A DNA stretch of 64,000 bases from an uncultured Planctomycetota bacterium (GTDB taxonomy: Bacteria > Planctomycetota > Planctomycetia > Isosphaerales > Isosphaeraceae). Below are positions 1 through 9,252 of the stretch, one piece after another. A model generated the notes under the pieces. The model saw nothing but the letters and a program-made list of their open reading frames with translations. It was not told the DNA's origin and did no database searches. Position 1 is the stretch's first letter. Each line of letters starts with the position of its first letter. The position numbers were made by a program, and so were the translations under genes. The stretch lies in NCBI GenBank assembly GCA_963845755.1, contig CAWJTV010000039.1, positions 384,001-448,000 on the forward strand. Reading direction: 5' to 3'.

Positions 1-447
1 GACCTCCGCAAGCTGGCCCGAGGACTGGTCGCCGCCAAGGAGGACGGCCGGATCAAACTATTCATCACCTATCGCTCGCTGCAATGCCGCCGCGACCATC
101 CCGGGCTCTTCACCGCCGGCGATTATATCCCACTCGCTGCGGAAGGATCGAAGGCCGTGCACCTGTTCGCCTTCGCCCGGCGAGCCGGGGATGCCCGCAC
201 GCTGGTCGCCGTGCCTCGCCTGCCTGTCAGCCTGGTCCCCGACCTGGCACAGCCGCCGCTCGGGCCTGCGGTGTGGGAGGACACCCGCCTGATCCTGACC
301 GGCCTCGATCTGGGCGGGCGCTGGCGAAACGTCTTCACCGGCGAGGTGCTCGCCCCGGACGACCGGGACGGTCAATCCTCGTTGGCCGCGGCCGACCTCT
401 TCGCGAACTTCCCCGTCGCTCTGCTTGTTGCCGAAAGCCAATCTTGA
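1..447 (+). CDS. treY: Malto-oligosyltrehalose synthase, C-terminal part (gene starts before window)
   Basis: Frame 1 is open from base 1: ...KEDGRIKLFITYRSLQCRRDHPGLFTAGDYIPL...HLFAFAR...VAVPRL...VWEDTRL...WRNVFTG...LFANFPVALL, typical of the TreY C-terminus. Confidence 0.85.
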   Translation, partial: DLRKLARGLVAAKEDGRIKLFITYRSLQCRRDHPGLFTAGDYIPLAAEGSKAVHLFAFARRAGDARTLVAVPRLPVSLVPDLAQPPLGPAVWEDTRLILTGLDLGGRWRNVFTGEVLAPDDRDGQSSLAAADLFANFPVALLVAESQS

Positions 448-490
448 ACACGCTCCTGAGCCTGAGGGTTTGTCGCGAATGCGCCGTCGA

Positions 491-1543
491 TCAGATCGTC
501 TCCATGATCTTCTTGAGGACGTCTTCCGACGGCCGCAGCGCCTCGTCGGGCAGCAGGGCCAGTGGGGTCTCGGGCACGTTCTGGAGGGTGACGAAGTCCT
601 TGCGCTGGGCGTTGACGTACATCAGCCCGGTGAGGAACTCGCCACTGCGCTGGCTCTCCTCGAGGAGGCGGAGGGCCGAGACGCGGTCGGTGACGTTGTG
701 CTCCTCGTGGCAGAGGGCCTTGAGCGTGATCCAGGAGCCGTCGTGGAGCTGGACGCGGGTCGGCTGGCCGGGCTTCTGCTCGACCTCGATCTCGGGGAGG
801 CGCGGGACGAAGCCCACCTCGTGGATCGGCTCCTCGTGCTCCCGGGCCCAGTTCCAGCCCTTGGTCGATTCGTCGAAGTCATTGAACGTGACGCACGGGC
901 TGATGATGTCGAGGACCGAGGTCCCCTTGTGCTTCAGCGCCGCCTTCAGGAGGGGGACCATCTGCTTCTTGTCGCCGGCGAACGAGCGGGCCACGAACGT
1001 GGCCCCACCGATGATCGCCTCGGCGCAGATGTCGAACGGCGCGATGTTGTTCTGCTCGCCGGTCGCGCGCCGCAGGTGAGCGTTCAGATCGGCGGTCGCC
1101 GAGAACTGCCCCTTGGTCAGCCCGTAGCAGCCGTTGTCCTCGATGATGTAGACAATCGGCACGTTGCGTCGGCAGATGTGCTTGAACTGCCCCATGCCGA
1201 TATTCGCCGTGTCGCCGTCGCCGCTGATGCCGATGCACAGCAGCTTGGCGTTGGCCATCAGCGCACCGGTCGCCACCGAGGGCATCCGGCCGTGCAGCGC
1301 GTTGAAGCCGTGGCTGGCCTGGAGGAAGTAGGCCGGCGTCTTGCTCGAGCAGCCGATGCCGCTGAGTTTGACCGCCATGTACGGGTTGACGCCGATCGAC
1401 TTGCAGGCGTCGATCAGTTGGTTAGTGATGCTATTGTGACCGCACCCCTTGCAGAGCGTCGAGGGGAGCCCCGAAAAGGCGAGGGTCGGCAGCGTTAGCG
1501 TATGGCCGTTGCTCTGGACGGAGATGGTCGCTTCGGCGGGCAT
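491..1543 (-). CDS. 2-oxoacid:ferredoxin oxidoreductase beta subunit
   Basis: LCKGCGH, SGIGCSSK, HGR, the TPP-binding GDGD...N motif and SPCVTFN. Confidence 0.95.
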   Translation of the reverse strand: MPAEATISVQSNGHTLTLPTLAFSGLPSTLCKGCGHNSITNQLIDACKSIGVNPYMAVKLSGIGCSSKTPAYFLQASHGFNALHGRMPSVATGALMANAKLLCIGISGDGDTANIGMGQFKHICRRNVPIVYIIEDNGCYGLTKGQFSATADLNAHLRRATGEQNNIAPFDICAEAIIGGATFVARSFAGDKKQMVPLLKAALKHKGTSVLDIISPCVTFNDFDESTKGWNWAREHEEPIHEVGFVPRLPEIEVEQKPGQPTRVQLHDGSWITLKALCHEEHNVTDRVSALRLLEESQRSGEFLTGLMYVNAQRKDFVTLQNVPETPLALLPDEALRPSEDVLKKIMETI

Positions 1544-1663
1544 GGTCTTGGCACCTCGATCGAAATTGGGATCAGGCTTTCCAGCCTGGCGTGGACTCGG
1601 CGTCGGGCTTCAAAGCCCGACCCACACGTGTTCCATTCTTGCCGGATCGTATCGGGAAGCGAG

Positions 1664-3620
1664 TTACTCGGCGGAGGGTTCCTCTTCATGAGGGACCGGA
1701 GGATTGTCGTGCTCGACGTTTCCGGTGGGCCAGCCGGGTCCCGAGGGGTTCTTCTCCCAGCCGAGGATCGGCCGGACGATGTTCTCGGCGGCGATCGGCG
1801 TGCCGTTGTAGTGGGGGATCGGGACCAGCCGGTCGGCCAGTGCGCCGCTCAGGATCGATTTCAGCAGCATGGTGACCTGGGCGTCGCGGTTCTGTTCGAC
1901 GACATAGGTCCTCTGGTGCCGCTCGATGAAGCGGATGACGTCGTCGGATACGGGCAGGGCGCGGACACGGCAGTAGCTCATCGGCACGCCCTGATCGCGG
2001 AGCTGATCGCGGGCCTCGACGATCGCCCAGTGGGTGCCGCCGTAGGCGAGCAGGCCGACCTTCGCACCGAGCACGTCCTCGATGACGGGCTTGGGCAGAG
2101 CCTGGCGGGCGGTCTCGAGCTTCCGCGCCAACCGATCGAGGTTCTTCTTCCAGTCCTCGGGGCGCTCGCTGTATCCCGACTTCTCGTTATGGCCGGTCCC
2201 GCGCGTGAAGTAGGCCGCCAGCGCGGTGCTCGGTGCCGGGGATGGTGCGGTAGCAGACGCCATCGCCATCAACGTCCTTGTAACGCTCGAACTGGCCCAG
2301 GCGCTCCAGATCCTGGGCGTTCAGGACCTTGCCGCGCCGGATCGGCTTGGTGGGATAAGGGAACGGGTCGCTGAGCCAGAGGTTCATGCCCAGGTCGAGG
2401 TCGGTGGCGACGAAGACCGGGGTCTGGAACTCCTGCGCCAGGTCGAGGGACTCGACGACCAGCTCGTAGCATTCCTCGACGGAGCCGGGGATCAGCACGA
2501 TATGGCGGCTGTCGCCGTGGCCCAAGAGGTGGAGCTTGAGGATATCCCCCTGACTGGTCCGGGTGGGCAAGCCGGTGCTAGGCCCCATGCGCTGGACGTT
2601 GACGATCACCACGGGAATCTCGGCGAAGTAGGCCAGGCCGACGAACTCGGACATCAGCGAGATCCCGGGCCCAGCGGTGGCCGTCAGGGCCCGGGTGCCG
2701 GCCCAGCCGGCGCCGATGGCCATGCCGACGGCCGCTAGCTCGTCCTCGGCCTGGACGACGGCGAAGGTCTGCTTGCCATCCGGGCTGACTCGATGCTTCT
2801 TGAGGAACTCCTCGGCGTATTCCGCCAGGCTGCTGGAGGGGGTGATCGGATACCAGGTCAAGACGCTGGCCCCACCGAACAGGGCGCCCAGGGCCGATGC
2901 CTTGTTCCCCTCGATCAGGATCTTCTCCGGAGCATCGGCCATCCGCCGGACCTGGAAGGGGAGATCCGCCGGGAGGTTCGCCTCGGCCCATTCGTAGCCG
3001 GTCCGCACGGCGCGGATATTGATCTCGCCCGCCTTCGCCTTGCGACCCGGGAACTCGCGCCGGATGGCCGTCTCGACCGCCTCCATCTCGAGCTTGCAGG
3101 CCGACGCGAGTACACCCACGTAGACCATGTTGATGACCTTGCGTTGCTTGTCCCCATACCCCTTATCGGTCTTGTCCGGGGGATAGGCCTTCTCCACCAG
3201 CTTCTTGAACGGCACCGGGAAGAACTGGACGTCGTCGCGGAGCTGGGTCGGATCCACGTCGATATCGTCACGATAGATGCAGATCGCGCCCGGCTTGAGC
3301 TGGAGCACGTCGTCCTTGACGGTCGGCTCGTTCATGCAGACGAGAACCTGGGGATCCAGGACGTGCCCGATGTAGCCCTGGGCGCTGGCCCGGATGTGGA
3401 ACCACGTCGGCAATCCCTCGATATTCGAGGGGAACACGTTCTTGCCGCTGCACGGGATCCCCATCGCGTACAAGGTGCGTAGGATGACCAGGTTGGCGGA
3501 CTGGCTTCCCGAACCGTTGACGGTCCCGACGCGGATCGCCAGATCGTTGATGGAGGGAGCAAAGGCGGGCTGCCCGGCACGCGCCGGGGCCTCTTCGACC
3601 ATGGAGAGCGTGGATGGCAT
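1664..3620 (-). CDS. 2-oxoacid:acceptor oxidoreductase alpha subunit (one indel near 2225)
   Basis: NGSGSQSAN, YPITPSS, QAEDELAA and QRMGPSTGLPT in ORF 2187-3632; continues as AAYFTRGTGH...HYNGTPI in ORF 1664-2272. GAGGA RBS lies before ATG 3620. Confidence 0.93.
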
Positions 3621-3818
3621 GATGTTCCTCATACGGAGGCGACGCGCCCCTGGCCCGGCTCATTCGATCCGGCGACCCGGCGAGCGGGGCCCGCTGCCCA
3701 TCGCGGAGCGGGCTGCCAACGGAGTGGAAGAAGCAGGGGCGAGTCCGTACCTCCCAACGATTCAGTCCAACACATTCGCGACGCGTTGGCAAGGGTGCAA
3801 CGGTCGGCCGGTTGGTAC

Positions 3819-5558
3819 GGGTGGAAGACGCGGTTCGCGCGGCGTTCGATCCCTGGTAAGCTGTCAAGGTGAGTTTCCCAGATTGTCTATCACCCGAAGT
3901 CCAAGGAGGGACCTCCGATGCCTTTCCAGAAGTCACCATCGATGGATCGAGACGGCGTCGAGCGGCTCGCCGAAGGGTGGGGGAAAGTCGTGGCCCGGCG
4001 CGTCCACGATGAGGTCGGGCCCGAGTTGGATCTCGACGCCGACGACATCGAGCAGATGGCCATCACCGCCGCCCGCGCCGTCGCTCGGGGCACCATCGCC
4101 GATCTGCTGGAGCGGAAGGCCGCGCTGCTGGGGCCCGAGCAACCCTGCCCGACGTGTCAGCGGCCTTGCGCCGTACAGCGCGAGCCGCGGGCCATCGACT
4201 TCTGGGGCGGCGCGGTCACCTACGCCGAGCCCCAGTGCCACTGCCCGGCCTGCCGCCGGGATTTTTTTCCCTCAGCGCCCGGCGCTACGGCTGACGTCCC
4301 ATGACTACAGCCCCTCGGTAGTCCGCAAGATCGTCCGTTCCGCCACCCGCGAGCCCTCCTTCCGCGAGGCAGCCGAGGCCGTCGCCGAATTGGCCGAGGT
4401 GGACATCAGCGGCCGGCAACTCGACCGCATCGCCCGCGAACTCGGCGAGCAGTTGCGGTCCCAGCGGGATGAGCAGGTGGACCGCTTCCAGGCCGGCACG
4501 CTCGAGCCGCGCGTCGCGACACGGCCAGCCCTGGCGGTCGTCGAGGTCGATGGCGGCCGGCTCCAGATCCGCGGCGCGGGCCAGGGGCCGGGAGCCCACC
4601 AGGCCGCCTGGCACGAGGACAAGATCGCGATCCTGGCGACGATGGCCCCTGTCGTCTCCGAGTGCGACCCCGAGCCGGAATTGCCCGCCTGTTTCCGCGA
4701 TCGGGCCTACGTCGAGAAGGTCATCGGGGCCATCGGCGGGACCGGACCGATGGGCCCGCCGGCCCCCGAGATCCAGGAGCCCGCCGTGCTGCCGATCCCG
4801 GCCGTCGCCGAGGCCGCCGAGCCGCGCGGTACGCCGGAGCTATCGGTGCGCACCTACGTGGCCACGACCGCCCCGGTCGATCGCTTCGGGCCGATGGTCG
4901 CCGCCGAGGCCCGACGGCGGAACTTCGCCGCGGCCGCCGCCCGGGCGTTCTTGGGGGACGGCTCGGCCTGGATCTGGGGGCTGCACCGCCGCTCTTTCCC
5001 GACCTTCGTGGCGATCGTCAACTTCCTCCACGCCCTGGCCCACCTCTTCACGGCGGCCCGGGTCATGGTCGCCGACACCGAGGGCCGCTGGGAGTCATTC
5101 CAGGCCTGGGCGGAGGCCTGCTGGAACGGGCGGGTCGATCGGGTGATCGCGGAGCTTCGCACCTGGTGTGATACCCAGATCGCCTTGTGCGGGTGCCCGC
5201 TGGAAAGGCTAGCCGACGACGACCCCCGGAGGATCGTCGCGCGGGTGCTGGGCTACCTGGAAGACAACCGGGAGCGGATGGACTATCCGCGCTATCGTCG
5301 CGAGGGCCTCCCGTGGACGACCAGCCACGTGGAGTCGACGGTGAAGATATTCAACCGCCGGGTGAAGGGGTCGGAGAAGTTCTGGAGCGAGGCCGGTGCC
5401 GAAGCGATCCTCCAACTCCGTGCGGCCTTCCTTTCCGAAGATGGCCGCCTGGACCACCACCTCAAGGAGCGGCCCAGCAGCCCGTTCCGCAGCTACAAAG
5501 CCAGGAAGACTGGGGAAGCCGCGTAACTCGTCAGAAAAACGAACCGCGTCTTCCACCC
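3819..5558 (+). mobile_element. Complete insertion sequence, ISKra4-like (1740 bp)
   Basis: Perfect 19-bp terminal inverted repeats GGGTGGAAGACGCGGTTCG (3819-3837 and 5540-5558), flanked by 8-bp direct repeats GTTGGTAC (3811-3818 and 5559-5566). Confidence 0.93.
3918..5526 (+). CDS. ISKra4-like DDE transposase in two frames joined at T7CCC (4262-4271)
   Basis: ORF1 has a CPTC...CHCPAC zinc finger ending RRDFFP. ORF2 has VEVDGG, FLGDGSAWIW, NFLHA, RMDYPRYRREGLP and TSHVES...RVKGSEKFW. AAGGAGG RBS lies before ATG 3918. Confidence 0.88.
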
Positions 5559-5996
5559 GTTGGTACGGGGTGAGCGTCCCAATCGCAGGTGGAAAACACA
5601 TCGTGTTCAGTTGATGTATCTGGTTGCCTTAACGCAGGCTTCGTCAGCGGTTTCCGTCGCGACCTTCACCCTTCCTCGCCCGACTCGGGGACGCCGGTAG
5701 CAGGCTTGTACCTTCGGCGACCACGACGGCGAGGCAGGTTTTCCGGCCTTGGGGATGGGGGGTCCGGGCGTGGCACTAAATGGCACTACATGATAACATT
5801 TCGGCGGATCTCCATTCCCCCACTCGCGGTTCTCAGCCCGGGAGCCGGGCGGATCGGCGTGCTCTCGGTGGCAAGGAAGTGAGCGAGATCGACCAAGGGG
5901 ACTCCGACAGCGAGGACGAAGGGTCCGCGGATTCGGGCGCGGTGCCGTGGTCCGACCGTTGAACCACGCATGATTCCGCGCACTATCCACTATTAA

Positions 5997-6066
5997 TCAG
6001 TATGCCACAGGTTTGGGAAAACGTTAATGCACCTACGGCGAAATCGGGCCGATTTTTCGGCGCAAC
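5997..6066 (-). promoter_or_regulatory. Putative leftward sigma70-type promoter with upstream palindrome (module copy A)
   Basis: Minus strand TTAACG-N17-CATACT; palindrome AAATCGG-G-CCGATTT; 46/65 nt ungapped identity to 59371-59435. Confidence 0.45.
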
Positions 6067-6202
6067 TCTTGGCCCAACCATGCGATAAAAAAATCGAAAA
6101 AAAATTTAAGTCGGGAGACTGCGCCCCCGGACCGTGTGCTCGAGCCGTGGTCACCGGCCGGGCGAAATGTCTCGGTTCCCCGCTACAATAGCGAGGACCG
6201 CA

Positions 6203-7525
6203 TCAACGAGAGGCCACGATGTCCTCCAGTGGCCTCCCGGCTTTATCCACGAGGGAGATGGGACGGCCGATGTTGGACTGGTTTGACTTCGTTGGATCGA
6301 TGCCCAGTGCCAGGCAAACCGTGGCTAGCAGGTCCGGAACCGAAACCGGACGTTGTTCGATGGTCTCGCCCCCGGCGCTGGTCTTGCCGATCACCTGCCC
6401 TCCCTTGATGCCGCCACCACCCAGCACCGCAGTCCAGGCGCCGGGGAAATGGTCGCGGCCTTTGTCTCCATTGATGGTCGGCGTTCGGCCGAACTCGCCC
6501 ATCCACACGATCAGCGTGGTTTCGAGCAAACCACGCTCCTTCAGGTCGCCCATGAGCGTCGCCCAGCCTGCGTCCAGGACCTGGCTCAGGTCGCGAACGG
6601 TCTCGAAGTTGTTCGAGTGCGTGTCCCAGCCGACGCGGTTGATTCCGCCCATGGATACCTCGATGAAGGGTACGCCGCGTTCGACCAGGCGCCGGGCCAG
6701 CAGACAGCCCTGGCCGAATCGGTTGCGGCCGTAGGCGTCGCGCAGTTTGGCCGGTTCCTCGTCGAGATCGAACGCCTTCCCCGCGGATGTGCGCATGAGC
6801 CGGGCGGCCCGCTGGTAGGCGGTCTGATGGCTCGTCGCCGCTGGGCTGGGATGGTCGGTAACGAAGTCCTGCTGCATCTGCTGCACCAGGCGCAGCCGGG
6901 CCTGGAGGTGCTCGCCGCCGATCCCGGTATGCGGCGTCAGGTTCGGAACCCCCAGACTCTGCTCTCGCGCACCGCCATCGCCGACGATCAGCGGAGCATA
7001 ACGCGGACCGAGGAAACCGGGGGACTGGGCCCCCGATTCACGGAATTGGTGGGGCGCGACACTCACGAACGCGGGAAGGTCGGCATCCTCCGCGCGGGTC
7101 TCCTTGGCCACCAGGGCGCCGAGCGTCGGATACTGGATCGGACTCCGCTTCAGGTAGCCGGCGTGTAGATAGTAGTTGGCCAGGTAGTGATCGCCTTCCT
7201 TGCTGGTCATGGAGCGTACCAGGACGAGCCGGTCCATCTGCCGGGCGACCTGCGGCAGGTGCTCACTGATCCGAATACCGGGCACAGCCGTGGCAATCTC
7301 GCGGAAGGGACCACCGTTGGCATGACCGGGCTTGAGGTCGAACGTGTCCATCTGCGAAGGACCGCCGTTCATCCAGAGGAGGATGCACGAGCGTCGGCGT
7401 TTCAGGTCGGTGGCGGCATCCGCCGATAGGGCTCCCAGCCAGCCGGACATCGAGGAGGAGGCGATGCCGCTGGCGGACAGACGAAGCCAATCGCGGCGGG
7501 ACAGGTGCAATGAAGAGCGAGGCAT
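6203..7525 (-). CDS. DUF1501 domain protein with twin-arginine signal
   Basis: SRRDWL Tat motif; ILLWMNGGPSQMDTFDLKP, FGQGCLLARRLVERGV, WDTH and GEFGRTP...GRDH. Confidence 0.93.
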   Translation of the reverse strand: MPRSSLHLSRRDWLRLSASGIASSSMSGWLGALSADAATDLKRRRSCILLWMNGGPSQMDTFDLKPGHANGGPFREIATAVPGIRISEHLPQVARQMDRLVLVRSMTSKEGDHYLANYYLHAGYLKRSPIQYPTLGALVAKETRAEDADLPAFVSVAPHQFRESGAQSPGFLGPRYAPLIVGDGGAREQSLGVPNLTPHTGIGGEHLQARLRLVQQMQQDFVTDHPSPAATSHQTAYQRAARLMRTSAGKAFDLDEEPAKLRDAYGRNRFGQGCLLARRLVERGVPFIEVSMGGINRVGWDTHSNNFETVRDLSQVLDAGWATLMGDLKERGLLETTLIVWMGEFGRTPTINGDKGRDHFPGAWTAVLGGGGIKGGQVIGKTSAGGETIEQRPVSVPDLLATVCLALGIDPTKSNQSNIGRPISLVDKAGRPLEDIVASR

Positions 7526-7577
7526 AAGTGGCTCCTGTTGGTCCGAAAGAGCGACGAGAGTTAGAGACACTTGGGCC

Positions 7578-7644
7578 AGTAGGGTGCTCTGTGAGCACCG
7601 CGGAGTGCCGGCGACAAGGAACGGTGCTCACAGAGCACCCTACT
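7578..7644. repeat. REP-like GTAG palindromic doublet
   Basis: Perfect 23-bp inverted repeat AGTAGGGTGCTCTGTGAGCACCG ... CGGTGCTCACAGAGCACCCTACT; each arm is itself a short hairpin. Confidence 0.8.
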
Positions 7645-7665
7645 TAACGGAAAGAGACACGAGCG

Positions 7666-9219
7666 TTAATGATTCAGGACGAATTCCGTGCTGTTCAGCA
7701 GCGACCAGAGGATGTCGCGCAGTGCCTGTTTGCTGTCACCGGTCGTGGCGTAGTCGAGCAGGCGCCGGGTCTCCTCGGGCCGCGGTTTGCGCGAGAGCAC
7801 GACCAGGTACAGCTCCTCGATGCGCTGCGCCACGGGCCGGTTGCTGTCGATGACCGCAGCCACGGTCGCACTCCTGGCAGAACTCGTCGCGTCTTCGATG
7901 AACTTGCCGTTCATCATCATCAGCGCCTGCTGGATGGACGCCTGAAAATCAACCGGTTGACTGCTGGGATCCTCGAAGGGGGCCAGGAACGTGGCCCTGG
8001 GAGGACCCACGTGGAAGTCCCCAAATGAGCCGACTTTGGCCGGATCGGACCGATATCCGGTTGCCAGCACCAGGCTGTCGTAGAGTTGCTCCGGCGTCAG
8101 TCCGCGGCTCGCGGCGCGGGCGAACCGTCTCGGATCGGCCTGGCCGGGGTGCGTAAGCCGGCTGGAACGCTGATACGTGTGGCTGCCCGTGATCGCGCGA
8201 ATCAGGAATTTCAGGTCGAAGTCATGCGCGACGAATTGACGGACGAGCTCGTCGAACAACTCCGGATGGCTCGGTGGGTTGTCCACGCTGCCGAGGCCGT
8301 CCACGGGGTCGATCAGGCCGATGCCGTGGAAGTAATGCCACAGGCGATTGACGGCAGCCCTGGCGAACCAAGGATTGTCACCGCGGGCGATCCACTCGGA
8401 CAGAGCTTGACGCGGCGTGACGGTTCGTTGCCAGTTCGGTTCGCCCCCGTCCAGGAAGCGGGCCTTCACCCAGGTGTTCGTACCGCTGATCTGGATGCGG
8501 GCAGGCCCCGCTTCCTGGGGGCGCGGTGGCATGGCCATGCCCCGGTTGCCAGATTCTTCGCGCAGGCCAGTGAAAAAGGCGGCGTACTCCCAGAATTGAC
8601 TCCGTTTCCACGTGCCGCCGGAACGGTCGTCGTGACACTGGGCGCACTCCAGCTTGATCCCGAGGAAGAGCCGGGAGGTCCGGCTGGCCAGGTCCTCGGC
8701 CTTGTTTTCATTGGCCAGATAGATACCCGAGGCGTTCGCATCCGTCAGCAGCCGGCGGACCAACTGGTCGTAGGGAGTGTTGGCCGTAACCTGCTTGCGC
8801 AGCCAGCCTTCGAGGGGGGCGGCCACCGTGTCCGGCTGCGTGGGGGTCTGGGCCAGCAACTGTCGTCGCCAGAAATGGGCGAAGTGCTGGGCGTACAGGG
8901 AGGCGTTCTCGGGACCGTCCAGCAGCTCGTCGACCCACAGCCGGCGCTTGTCCGGACGCGTGTCGTCGAGGAAGTCCACCAATTGAGTGACCGCCGGAAT
9001 CCGGCCGTTGAGGTCGAGGCTCAGCCTGCGAAAGAACTCGGCATCGTCGGCCAGTGGCGCCGGCGGTATCCCGTCCTTCGCCAGCCGGAGGTCGATGAGC
9101 TCGTCGATCCGAGCCGAAAGCGCCTGGGCTTCCTGTTGGGGCGGGACGCCGAAGGCTCGGTTCGGGCCAAGGAACAGAAGGCCCGTCAGGAGCAGGGCGA
9201 ACGAAGTCCAACGTACCAT
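7666..9219 (-). CDS. DUF1549/DUF1553 (PSCyt2/PSD1) domain protein
   Basis: Signal peptide; DDAEFFRRLSLDLNGRIP, FLGIKLECAQCHD, NPWFARAAVNRLW, PPSHPEL and WSLLNSTEF..NH. Confidence 0.92.
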   Translation of the reverse strand: MVRWTSFALLLTGLLFLGPNRAFGVPPQQEAQALSARIDELIDLRLAKDGIPPAPLADDAEFFRRLSLDLNGRIPAVTQLVDFLDDTRPDKRRLWVDELLDGPENASLYAQHFAHFWRRQLLAQTPTQPDTVAAPLEGWLRKQVTANTPYDQLVRRLLTDANASGIYLANENKAEDLASRTSRLFLGIKLECAQCHDDRSGGTWKRSQFWEYAAFFTGLREESGNRGMAMPPRPQEAGPARIQISGTNTWVKARFLDGGEPNWQRTVTPRQALSEWIARGDNPWFARAAVNRLWHYFHGIGLIDPVDGLGSVDNPPSHPELFDELVRQFVAHDFDLKFLIRAITGSHTYQRSSRLTHPGQADPRRFARAASRGLTPEQLYDSLVLATGYRSDPAKVGSFGDFHVGPPRATFLAPFEDPSSQPVDFQASIQQALMMMNGKFIEDATSSARSATVAAVIDSNRPVAQRIEELYLVVLSRKPRPEETRRLLDYATTGDSKQALRDILWSLLNSTEFVLNH

Positions 9220-9252
9220 GGGAAAGGTCCTCAACAAGGGATCGAATCCGCT

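Noticed and set aside
3394..4260. N-terminal ~290 aa of the 710-aa ORF 3394-5526
   Set aside because: It is antisense to the oxidoreductase gene and crosses the IS boundary; the real transposase begins at 3918 in another frame.
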